NCBI GenBank assembly: GCA_028534125.1
Contig: CM052817.1
Coordinates: 42,844,001 to 42,908,000 of the forward strand
Direction: 5' to 3'
DNA length: 64,000 bases
Source of the DNA: Lama glama
Lineage: Eukaryota
Shown here: one piece after another, positions 11,827 through 23,500 of the stretch
Position numbering within the stretch: the first letter of the stretch is position 1
Layout of the letters: every line of letters begins with the position of its first letter
Program-made: the position numbers and the translations under genes
Notes under the pieces: generated by a model
What the model was told of the DNA's origin: nothing
The model's database searches: none
The model's input: the letters and a program-made list of their open reading frames with translations, nothing else

Positions 11827-14169
11827 GGAACTACATTGGCAATAAACTGTGTATTTGCTATGAATTAAGCACCAGTAGAGACATGTCCTGTAACAGCTGT
11901 AGCTCATCATTTCATGGTCACCTGACCATAATGGATGCATAGGACTCCAATTCTATAATGGAAATACCAAGAACAAAGCTCCATAGACACCCTCATTAGA
12001 AATTCAATTATAATGATTTCTTTAGAATAATAGACTACGTGAGGCTTTCAATTTCAATGACAGGAATCTGAAATTAAAAGATCTGGAGTAAAGGCATAAA
12101 TGGTTTTATGATACATATATGCATCCACTCTAATTATAACAACTGACCAACCACAAAGCTCTCTCTTTTTTGCATGCTCTTATTTCCTGTTGAAATCAGC
12201 TTTGAAAGAGGTGCTGTAATTGTAAACAAGTTGTGCAGAATAAACAAGCCATTATTGTAATGAGGATGATTCTTGCTGAGGATTATTTTTAAAAGCCAAA
12301 TTATAGACTCCCAGTGTAAATTGTCTGGTTTTTTTTTTTGTCACTTGCTTTCAAATCTGGTTCTTATTTGCATTTTGCCTGACCTTCTAGTTAGAGCACA
12401 AGTTCACAGAGCCCCTTCTGAAGCTATAATGAGCTTAGGTAATAACCACCACATAATTGTGTTCAACTGCATACAAGTGTTTACTTTTTACTGTTGTGCG
12501 TCTGCCTCCGAGATTTTTGAGATGTAATTATGCATTGCAAAATTTGCCAGTTGCCAACCTTGCTTGGACTATTTTTGCTTTGTTTCACATTGAAGCTGCT
12601 TAAGTGTATAAGTAGAGGTATAAAACAGCCAGGTTTTCCAGACTAGAAAATTACTGTTGCTTAAATGGCAGAATTTCTGCTCTGTGGTTTCCTATTTCCA
12701 TGCCTTGCCTCAGCTACATATCTTTTTAACCATCTGTTTCTTCCTGGCGACCAGTGACAGGGAGGCAAGCAACTGTATCTATATTACTATGTGGTTTGAC
12801 ATCTGGCATCTAAATCCAACCATGGTACTTATTTGTGAAATGTTTAAATAGAAGATCATATTAGTTACACTTGCAGATCCCTCTTCATTAACATCTTCAA
12901 CCCTGCTTATGCTAGAACGGCGTACCATTTCCCACAGAGATAGAATATGCATATTTTCCTGCAGGTTGCATAGAATTTGGGTACGTGAATATGAAATTTT
13001 TTAAGTAGCAAAAATACACTACATATGAATTAAAATTGTAAATTTCAGATATGTTAGAGGGAGGTTCAGCAGACATCGCAATGTGCACATGCCTTTAAGT
13101 ATTCCCAAGACTGCTTTTGAATGAATTATAAAACTCTGTTGAAATGGTGAATGTAACATATACATATCTTATTGGCAAAAATATTACTGACCCAGGGTCA
13201 TTTGGAAAATTATGCTGTTCTCCTTAGAAGAGAAGAACGCTATACTCTCTTCTCTTCCCCTTGTGGCTTAAAATGTGCATTTGGGAAATGGCTAACTAGT
13301 ATTAGGGTACAGTTGGATGCCCCAGAGCTCAGTACAGACCAAAACATCCAGGAAATAAAACAATGGCTTTGATATTATTAGCACTACTAACCACACAGTT
13401 AACAAATAACAGGCATGATCTATTAATAATCTGTTAATTCTTCTTACTAGTTATTGACTTCCGTGCTCAATTAAGACCACTTGAGAATTCAGAGAGCCAA
13501 GAGCAACTCAGCTTGTAAGAATAATTCTGCATTAAAAATAATCTCAGAAAAAGAGGTGTGATTTTGGTAGTGTTCTCTGGGGCATAAGAGGAGAGACAGG
13601 AGATTGATCCCGTTCCCACCTCTACCTGTAAAGAGGTATAGACTCTACCTGGACCACAAGGAGCCTCCCAAAACTAGTCTGGTTTCATTTCTTGCTTCTC
13701 TGCTCTCTTACTCTCTTAAAGAGGTATACCACAATGTGATTATCATCGCAGAGAGCAGACATGACATCTGTTTAACAAACTGCCTGAGAAATATTACTTT
13801 GCAGGTTCTATAGAAAAATTACTTAAAAAGCAAAACCAAAGTAAACCAGGGGCACATTTACCAGCTCCTTCAGCTGAAACTCTAAATTCTCTTTAAATAT
13901 GCTTAAAGGTGTTGTAATTACCCTGCACAATCTTTCCTATCTACACATCTATATTCTTTATCTATCTATAGAAATTAAATTCATCTTTTATGACTCAGCT
14001 CAAATGTCCCTTCATCTGTGAGGTCTTCCTTGACTCTCCTAGATTAGGTGCTTTGATGGAGGTCTCCTCTGTATTCTGAAATACTGGTATTATACTGCAT
14101 ATTCCTCTATTGGAGTCTCTATGAAAGTGTGTTTAGATCGTTGGCTTATACAATAGCTCCAGCCAACTC

Positions 14170-14564
14170 GTGCCCTAACAGGGTAATATAACAAACCCAA
14201 TAGTACCAGTGGCATAGAACAATAAGCATTTATTTGACTCTCAGGCCCATGGGTCAGCTGGGTGGGTATGCTACTCTAAGCATTTCGTGTGTTGTCCAGG
14301 CTAGGAAGCAGAAGACAAGAGGGAGCTCTTCTTAAGGCAACAGAATGACAAAGGCGAAAGAGAGCAAGCAGAATTATGTGAGGCCTCTTAAGCCTTGGCT
14401 CAAAACTATCACTTCTGCCCACATACCACTGGCCAAAGCAAGGCACGTGGCCAATTCCAAAGTCAAAAGATAAAGGAGTACACTTCAGGCATCCTGAGGC
14501 CATGGTAAGAATGTGGATGCAGGGAAGGGGTGAAACATTAGGGCCAATAATTCGGTCTATGACA
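14170..14564 (-). mobile_element. MaLR LTR (MLT1H/I-like)
   Basis: CACTTCTGCCCACATACCACTGGCCAAAGCAAGGCACGTGGCCA motif; ends GTCTATGACA. Confidence 0.8.
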
Positions 14565-14572
14565 GTGGTAGT

Positions 14573-15050
14573 TGTTGCGCTGAACCATGCAGGCCTGCCA
14601 GCCCTGTACTTGTGCAGCCAAGACTGAAGAGCTCAAACTCAGTGACAGAGACATCAATTGTTCAGTGGATAGGGGCACCTTACATGTCTGAAGCAAGGTT
14701 CTGGAGCCACACCCTACTGTGTGTGGCAGAGGGCAGGCAGGACATGGTGGCAGTCTTTGCTCCAGGGCTGGGCGGGCGGGGGGAACGGGGCGGTGCAGTT
14801 ACAGGGGAACTGATAGGTTGGCTCATTGGTTACCAGGGAAACTAGCAGAGGGCACCCCCCTCACCAACCTTTTGATAAACTATGATGGTGGAGCTGTTCT
14901 GATCTAAAGGTTATAACAATCACTAGTTGGGGCTGAGAGCAAGTATGTAGGAAGGTACGTCATGTGAGTTGTGTGTAGGTGGAACAGGCACCTGTCAGCA
15001 GGGGATGTACAGAGAGCAAGAGAACAGCCATCCTGGTGCCTGACCATACA
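14573..15050 (-). mobile_element. Probable ERV solo LTR, family unassigned
   Basis: 478 bp GC-richer block with TG...CA ends and partly matching flanks GTAGT / CCAGT; orientation tentative. Confidence 0.5.
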
Positions 15051-15248
15051 CCAGTACAGCAAATGTCACACATTCAATAGCTTTTTTCTGGATGAATGAC
15101 TAAATCAACAAAAATATTCAGAATGAATCCAAAGTTGTCAAAATAAAACATACCTTTAAATAAATAACTATACATGTTATTTATCTGGTGTTCAAATCCT
15201 CTTTATTAAGTTTTGAGTTATCCATTTAACCTACTTGGCTTAAGTGCC

Positions 15249-15782
15249 TGTAATAGTTTCCTATTTTGCTGTAATAAATTATCACAAATTTAGTGGCTTA
15301 AAACAACACATATTTATCATCTCATAGTTGTGAAGATCAGAAGTTTGAAATGGGTCTCACTGGGCTAGAATCAAAGTATTGGAAAGCCTATACTCCTTTC
15401 AGAGCCTTCAGAGGAGAGAAATCATTTTCTTGCCTTTTTCAGCTTCTGAAGGCTGCCCTTACTCCTTGGCTCATGGTCCCCTTCCATCTTTAAAGCCAGC
15501 AAATGTCAGTCAAATCTTTCTCACATCACATCATTTTGATGCTTTTCTGCCTTCCTCTCCTACTTTTAAAGGACTCTCATGTACTGGGCTCAGTCAGAAA
15601 ACTCAGAATAATCTCTTTATTTTAAATTCAGCTAATTAGCACCCTTAATTCCATCTACAACCTTAACTTCCCTTTGTCATATAACCTAACATATTCACAA
15701 GTTCCGTGGAGTAGAATGTAGACATACATCTTAAGGCGGGGGGGAAACAGAGGAGATGAGAACAATTATTCTATCTACCACA
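15249..15782 (-). mobile_element. MaLR solo LTR (MLT1D-like)
   Basis: TG...CA ends; AAATTTAGTGGCTTAAAACAACACATATTTAT and CCTTAATTCCATCTACAACCTTAAC motifs. Confidence 0.9.
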
Positions 15783-15794
15783 TGGCTATAAGAT

Positions 15795-15969
15795 GTTATA
15801 ATGGAAAAAGCACAGATCTAGGAAATACTTTTAGTTTGAATCCTAGAATTAACCAGAAATAGTAAATTGGACAAGTTCTTTCAAATTTCAGTTGTTTCTG
15901 GTGAAATGAAAAGGTTGTCCTAGCTGATCTCTAAGGCTCTTTCCAATTCAAATTCCCTTGATTCTATGA
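15795..15969 (+). mobile_element. MIR3-like SINE
   Basis: 3' end GATCTCTAAGGCTCTTTCCAATTC...GATTCTATGA. Confidence 0.65.
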
Positions 15970-16039
15970 ATATAGTACATCTAATTAAACCTGAGTGTTA
16001 GAAGAGATTAAAGCCTTATTCATCATCATAAAAAAAAAA

Positions 16040-16340
16040 AGAGTATCAGGTAAGAATAGTGTTATGAGAAGACAGAGGAGGGTCATTAATCTCTCTGGGT
16101 GGCTATAGGGGGCTTCATGAAGGAGATGAGAGCTGAGCTTATCTGCCCCGGAGTGTAAGAACAAAGGCATTCTGGGTGTGCAAACCAACGTAGAGGGCAC
16201 AGGGATTGAAAGGGCATTGGCTATGTAAGACACAGGGCATGGAGAGAATGGAGAAAAATTCCATGTGGACAGAGCATTAAGATGCAAGAGAAGGGGCTAG
16301 AAGTACAGAGTCAGGCCCAATTGTGGTGAATTCTGCAGGC
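16040..16340 (-). mobile_element. L2 fragment
   Basis: GGCTTCATGAAGGAGATGAGAGCTGAGCT...GGCATTCTGGG antisense-L2 pattern. Confidence 0.5.
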
Positions 16341-17044
16341 ACAGGAGAGACACCAGTCTTTTTCATTATTATTATTCAACAAAGGAATGACATAATAGTT
16401 CTTTTTTCACAATAGGTTTTATATATTTTATAAAGACAAGGCAGAATAATGATTGCCTTAAAGATCTAAAAAGCCAAAAAAAGAGAAAGAATAAAGCATT
16501 TCTGTGTCTAACTAAGCTTACTATCGTTTTTTATATATAAAAAATCCATTTATTTAGAATAAAAGTATTTCAAACTCACCATTTAAAAACAGAATTATAC
16601 AAACTGAGTAAGATTATCCATATAAATAAAGTTTAGAGAATTAAATAAATTTTCAATCCCACTTAAAGTGACTGCTTGCTGTATTTACTAACCTCTCACT
16701 GACAAAACTTTCTTGAGCATCTAATCCTATAGGTCCTTGTTTATTTCCTGCTATTTAGCAGTTTAGCAGAGTCCAAAGCTCTGGGATATTTAATTGCCGG
16801 TTTAATTAACATTATCTCATCCTTAACAAAAACAATGAGATCCTGAATGATCAGAACATGTTATTCCAACTGAATCTCTCAAAGACGTGTTCAGATAAGA
16901 TAGGGGTCTTTTCTTCCTTGTCTCTGCTTCCTTGCAGTTTAGTTTTCCAATGTGCCAATCTTGCTCCAACCTAGGCGGGGGTTGGTTGGGGGCATTTCCC
17001 CTGCTGTTTCTCGACATAAGCCTCTCCAACCTGACAGCAGAGTG

Positions 17045-17260
17045 GTGTCCATGGTGGAGTCACTCAGGACGCCCTTGAGACAAACTATCTGGATTCAACC
17101 TGACTCTACCACTTACTTGTGCAACATTAAGATCCTTAACTACTCTGTCTTAGTTTCTCCATCTATAAAATAAGGATAAAAATAATACATGCTACAAAGG
17201 GTTGTTATAAGCATTAGATGAGTCAAATTTCTGTAAAGTGCTTAGAAAACAGGCATCATG
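17045..17260 (+). mobile_element. MIR SINE
   Basis: CTCTACCACTTACT...CTTAGTTTCTCCATCTATAAAATAAGGATAA...GTAAAGTGCTTAGAA. Confidence 0.85.
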
Positions 17261-17379
17261 TGTGTTTATCAACCCTTATACCAGATCACCAGGTATGTGA
17301 GAAAGACTAACTCCATACTTGCTTAAGCCCCTAGAGTATGATATCTGGATCCTTACAGCAGAACATAATCTTAACTGAT

Positions 17380-17740
17380 ACATGTGCCACCTAAGACCTT
17401 TCAAAACCCGGCCCTTTACTTGGTTCTAACCTCATTCCTCATCCCTCTCTCTATTCCCTCTGCCCAATTTTGCCCCTCCCTAAGCTTCCAGAGTCTATTA
17501 AATCGCCCATTCATCCTTAGAGACCCACACCAAACCTTCAATGTCACATCATGCAGAAAGACTTCCTTAACACTCATCACATGACGTTGTAATTATTTCT
17601 TTACATGTGTGTTTCTTTTATTAAAGTGCTAATTCCTCCAGGAGAAGAATGGGGTGTTTGGGGCTTATCTTCAATGTCTGGCACAGAACTGCAGCAGCAT
17701 GATTAAGTTATGGGTAAATGTTGTATGAATGAAAGAATCA
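17380..17740 (+). mobile_element. L2 3' end
   Basis: Ends GTAAATGTTGTATGAATGAAAGAAT. Confidence 0.6.
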
Positions 17741-18096
17741 TTATTCTGATTCTTATCATCAGGCCATTAAGGTATATTATTAACAGCTTAATCTATGCTA
17801 TTAGAGTAAAAAATGTGAAGAAAGCACAATGTGGTGAATTTTTTTAAATTGCCCCACTTGTTATCTGAAATTTTATTCTTCTATTTGAAAGTCTCTTGAA
17901 ATACTGGTTTTTGTGTTTCGTTTTGATTTTAGTGATTTAATATACTAGGCCAAACACAAATAAGATGTTTACTTTGAAATAGTTTTGCAGAATCTCATCT
18001 TTGTACTCCAAAAAGAATAAGAACTCTTTTCCTTATAGACACATTCAATTTTGTTCTCTAGGTTTGCAACTCATAGAGAATAACTTTCAAGTTTCT

Positions 18097-18877
18097 TTTT
18101 TTTATTACATTTTTATTGATTCATAATCATTTTACAGTGTTGTGTCAAATTCCAGTGTTCAGTACAATTTTTCAGTCATACATGGACATATACACACTCA
18201 TTGTCACATTTTTTTCTCTGTGATTTATCATAACATTNNNNNNNNNNNNNNNNNNNNNNNNNNNNNNNNNNNNNNNNNNNNNNNNNNNNNNNNNNNNNNN
18301 NNNNNNNNNNNNNNNNNNNNNNNNNNNNNNNNNNNNNNNNNNNNNNNNNNNNNNNNNNNNNNNNNNNNNNNNNNNNNNNNNNNNNNNNNNNNNNNNNNNN
18401 NNNNNNNNNNNNNNNNNNNNNNNNNNNNNNNNNNNNNNNNNNNNNNNNNNNNNNNNNNNNNNNNNNNNNNNNNNNNNNNNNNNNNNNNNNNNNNNNNNNN
18501 NNNNNNNNNNNNNNNNNNNNNNNNNNNNNNNNNNNNNNNNNNNNNNNNNNNNNNNNNNNNNNNNNNNNNNNNNNNNNNNNNNNNNNNNNNNNNNNNNNNN
18601 NNNNNNNNNNNNNNNNNNNNNNNNNNNNNNNNNNNNNNNNNNNNNNNNNNNNNNNNNNNNNNNNNNNNNNNNNNNNNNNNNNNNNNNNNNNNNNNNNNNN
18701 NNNNNNNNNNNNNNNNNNNNNNNNNNNNNNNNNNNNNCATTTCTCTGATAATTAGTGATATTGAACATTTTTTCATGTGTTTTTTGATCATTTGTATGTC
18801 TTCCTTGGAGAATTGCTTGTTTAGGTCTTCTGCCCATTTTTGGATTGGGTTGTTTATTTTTTTCTTATTGAGTCGTA
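18097..18877 (-). mobile_element. Young 5'-truncated L1 spanning the assembly gap
   Basis: Poly-T and 3' UTR left of the gap, ORF2 C-terminal sequence right of it; perfect 11-bp TSD TTCAAGTTTCT at 18086-18096 and 18878-18888. Confidence 0.9.
18238..18737. other. Assembly gap (500 N)
   Basis: Run of exactly 500 N. Confidence 1.
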
Positions 18878-19339
18878 TTCAAGTTTCTATTACGTTTGAA
18901 ACTGGGTTTTGAAATACCAATATCAACAGGACAGATGATAAATACTTTAGGCTTAAGAATGTTTATTAAGTCCTCTGTTTGATGTACTTCACACATGATA
19001 ATCTACCTGTGTCTTTCTGCTATCGAATGTCAGTTACAGCATCCAGCTCACTTGAAACCTTTTATAATTTGCTCAAGTCTTCCACATTTTTCTCTTCCCA
19101 GTTGTATCTAACTTTACTGCTCTCATCAAGACTCCTATATCACCACCACTCCTGTTCCAACTCATGAAGTCCTTGCTTTATGATTATTTCTCCTCTTTTC
19201 TGCATCTTCAAGCTTAACTTTTCCATTAACTCCCACCTCTTAACAGATTTTGGGATCTTTAGAAGGAGACCCTTATGCATGTATTTTACTGGGGAGGCAG
19301 TCCCAAGAAACAGGGAAGGGAACAGCAATGTGCCCCTTT

Positions 19340-19855
19340 CTACAGTACAAATGACAACTGGTCTTCCTGCTTGAGCCCCAAGCCCCTTCCACCCATTGTT
19401 CTCACTACTACCAGAATAATGTTTCTGAAATGTTTAATCATCTCCTGCTACATATCCTTCATGTTCCCTTCATCTACCAGCTATAAGTCAAGCTGATATG
19501 AAAGACCCTTCCCAACCTGGCTCTCCTGGTGTGCACCCTGGTGTGCTATTTCTCAACAAGCTGTATGGAAGCTCTCCAACAAGACATGCATTCTCATACC
19601 ACCACTTGTTTCTTTGTGCTCCTATCTCCTCCTGACCCCTACAAATAGACTCCATTATATAAATGTTCAAGTTCACATTAGTCTTTTATTTTCCCCATGA
19701 AGCCTCTCAAACTGCTTCAGGCAGACGTACGATCATGATCTGTTCCCACCACACTTTCATGTCCAAACCCAAGCCCACCGTATTGCCGTTGTTTATTGTA
19801 GGCATTGTGTTTTATATTTCCCAACTTCAATACTGTGAAAGACCATGTGAAAACA
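19340..19855 (+). mobile_element. L2 fragment
   Basis: CTGGTCTTCCTGCTT...CCAGAATAATGTTTCTGAAATG L2 pattern. Confidence 0.55.
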
Positions 19856-19859
19856 AGCT

Positions 19860-20580
19860 TTCGTTTATTGAACAATTACTGAGCTACCACAAGTACAAAA
19901 CTACAGGGATGAAGAAGACATACACCTGTCTCGAAGAGCTTTTATGTTGGAAGGAAGGTATTGTCGGGGCGGAAAAAGTTCCCCTTCTTTTCTGTTAGGT
20001 CCTTTGGCTGGTCTAAAAATTAAACTAATAGAAGGCAGATTAGTGGGAGAAAAACCAATTTCCTACTTACAGAAGCCCCATAAAAATATGATACTTCTCC
20101 CAGCAGTCTGGTAACTGAGGCTTACATACCATCCTGAGCTAAGGAGAAGAAGGGAGGGGTCTGGGGCTTCAAATGGGAGGAAGATAATTTACAGGAAGTT
20201 GAGATCAAATGTTTGGTAAACAAGTGTTTGCCATACCATGTGGAGAAGTCTTTCTGATATAAAAAATAAAGTTGTATCTTTAAGAAGCTTTCTTCCTGGT
20301 ACGGGTCCCCTATCTAAATGATTTTAGGCAGTTAAGAGGGAGGTAAAAAGCTCTCCCTGAATCTCCTCAGCCCTGACTGTCTTCAGCATAAAATAATCCA
20401 ATACACTAAAGTGGCACGTTCCGGAGTGGCATGTTCTGCTTCCCATCAGTATGAATATGTCAGTATGAATACAGGCAACTTTAACGCCAGGTATAGAGCG
20501 ATATATTTTATAAATGAGGAACAGTTACACAGTTGTAGGAGTTCATAGCAGGGAGAGAGGACTTGTGGTCAGAGGTTTTT
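19860..20580 (-). mobile_element. L2 3' end split by an ERV1 LTR
   Basis: TTTATTGAACAATTACTG...CCTGTCTCGAAGAGCTT, continuing after 20452. Confidence 0.55.
19962..20448 (-). mobile_element. ERV1 solo LTR (MER4 group, MER34/MER39-like)
   Basis: TG...CA ends, perfect 4-bp TSD GTAT; minus strand starts TGATGGGAAGCAGAACATGCCACTCC...GGATTATTTTATGCTGAAG. Confidence 0.9.
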
Positions 20581-23500
20581 ACTTTCCCAAACTGTACCTT
20601 ACATTGGATTTTTCCAATTTCGACTTGCTCTTAGGTACTCAAAAATCCCCTTTGGAAGAAAATATCTTTATTCAGGAAAAACAAATCAAAGGACTTGGTT
20701 ATCTTGACTATGATATTTATGGTTACTGAGGCTCACTATACGAATCAAGACTTTTATTCTTGTTTATTTCCATTAGTGTGATTTCATCGCAGAGAAAAAT
20801 TTATACACTTATTCATTAAACATGTCTTGAGAATCTACTATGCAAAATAAAATGTGCCAAGAGACTAATCATAGGAACAATAGTAAGTCATGTTTTCACC
20901 ACTATTACGTCTCTAAAGGGAAAGAATTTTCACCATTAACAGTTACAACTGTATATTTTAAATAGAAGTTTATGCCTTTATATTGCTATTTTAACACTCT
21001 TTTTGTATCCCCTTAAACGTAATTCATTTTCTTTCTTTTGCATGAAGCTTGCTGTTTCAATGACAACTTTGTAGTATTCAAAATAAGACTGAATACCTAG
21101 ACTAATTTTAGATTAACAAAAGAGGAGAAAAACAGATTCAAAGAAAGGGGAGAAAATCTATTAAAAGTGAAAATACACAATCCACATTTAACACTGAGTT
21201 CTTTTGGTTAATGCATTTTTTTCACAGGTATTTCTTAGTATCAACTACTAGACACAAGTTCAACCTGCTAAAATGCATGAATGGTCTGCACTTAAAATAT
21301 CAGAGGTTAGGAAAATAAAAACATCTTAAAAATCCTTCTTAATAAACACAGAGCAAAACTGCATGCCGTCAATGACACAGCTGGAAATACAGAGTTTCTA
21401 TACTTAATAGAAATTGTTAACATTTTACACTTCAGGAGTAACTGTCACGCTCAGCATTTCAACAAGCCACAGTGTATGAGAAGAACTAAAATGTTACTTT
21501 CTTCCATGCAGCTTTTAAAAAATTTCTTATTTGTCTTGAATGATATGAAACACTGCAGCTAACCTATAATGTGGTGAACTGAGTTATTAAATAAATGACA
21601 CCAGCCCTGGGCAGCAGTGAGCTGTGATGCTCACAATGCAAATTCAGCCGGATGGATGAGCCTGGCACGGGACATCCTCATTGGGACGTTCGTTAGCCTC
21701 ACTTTACAGCTGTCAGAAATGATATCTGTTATTCAGCCTGACCCTGGCTCTGAAAAAGAATTCTATGGTAACTGATGGTAAAACACGGAAAATGAGAAAA
21801 AGCAAATCTATTTAAAAAGCTGACAAACTAAGTGGTTTAAAAAAATCATTATTTCTTCTTAGAAGATTAAAATGTAATAATAAAAATAATAATTACAGAT
21901 CAGAGCCAGACAGAGGATACGCATTCAACTTTACCTAAAAGGGTTCTGTGACAGTTTATTATACTAGTCCCCAAATCATACATTGAATTTGTTTCTAAGC
22001 CTGCACTGTGTCCCTGTGAGTTACTCAAGTGTATAAATATCACTGCTCTCATTAGCCTCCTCTGGTGTTATTTTATGTCTTGCAATGCTCAGGGGAAGTG
22101 AGGAGCCTCTCAGATACTCCTCTGTATTCCAGACAATTTAGGGGCTTTGAGGAAAGAGAAGGTACAGCCTTACAAAGAGAAGCTGACTTGTCACTGGCCC
22201 TCAGTAGCCCACAAAGACCTCTCTATCCTTGCAACGCCTATAAAATTTTGATCTCCATTTGACAAAATCCCTCTCTTAATTGTCTTATCTTTCTTATCAT
22301 TTGTGCCTCCTGCTCCCCACAAGAATGACAACTTTGGTACAAATGAAAATGTGCCTCTTTATTTCTCTGGCTCAGGGCTTAAAATATTGTCATGCACTGA
22401 TTGGCTTTTGATAAGTAGCTGTTTAAAATCTTTAATAAATGGTTGTTCAAAGTATGGAAAACAACGATGCCAGATTGGCAGTCCTGGTGCCCACAGCTCT
22501 TCAGCTACAACGAGGCCATCTTGCCCCCAAAGACTTTATTTACACTGTCAAATGTAAAAGAAAAGTTGCTCTGTCATCTGGTGAATTAAATATCAACTCA
22601 GACATTTCTGTTAACAGAAAGAATCTTGCCAGCAGCTTAGAATTCCTGAGTCATCCCAAGGTATTTCTGTCCTGAGAAATGGTTAGATTCCTATTTGGAT
22701 TCACCTTCAACACATCACATTATTCCCACGCTTGCCAAACTCAACAGGTATTTTGACGATGTATTCATAGTCTTTTAAAAGAAATTCCAATATTTCAAGA
22801 GGGAGGAGGAGGAAACAGAGCTTCTTTAATACTGCATCGGCTTGTAGCATTTTCAGTACAATGTTTCCTGAACAGCAAATGACCTGAAATATCTCCACAC
22901 GGATCATATGAAACCTTTAACAAGACATTTCTCAAGAAAATGGCACCCCAGAAACACATACATGTGTGAGGACACACACACCACTCACACACAAAACACT
23001 GTTTTTAATAGCCAAGGGCACTTTGGCACAATGTGGGGCGGTGGTTGTCAACATAAACAGATGGTCAAAGAAGTGGGCAAACACTTCGAGTGAACTAGTT
23101 CCATAAATGAAGTTTTTTTATTTCATTTTAAATGCCATACTTACTTAACCAGCTTTCAGACAAGATGATACATGTAGCCAGTTGGAAAGAGTTCCCTGCC
23201 AGGCTTCTGTGTTTTTATGACAAAATTAAAAGTCCACAGATGGAATAACTCAAAGCTAATTCTTACAGAGTTTGTTTAGTTAGAATTGGGGGTGGGGAGA
23301 GAATACCATATTGCTTCAAATTAAAGCCACATCTACAAAATGAGAGATTTTTTAATTGGGGAGGAGCGAGTTGAAACAGCTTTTTAAAGAAATAACAAGT
23401 CTGTTTTTTAAACGAGTAGAGTTATTTATCCATTAAAATAGCGACCTCCTCCAGAGAGTTTGAGGATCATTAAAAAAAATTCCTGATTCCAAACTCAATC

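Larger units (their letters stand above)
13975..15110 (+). mobile_element. L2 3' fragment interrupted by two LTRs
   Basis: CTCAGCTCAAATGTCCCTTCATCTGTGAGGTCTTCCTTGAC near 14000; tail TGGATGAATGAC near 15095. Confidence 0.55.

Noticed and set aside
18142..18912. Three long ORFs (187-256 aa) in the track
   Set aside because: Artefacts of reading through 500 N; the flanks are L1 sequence.
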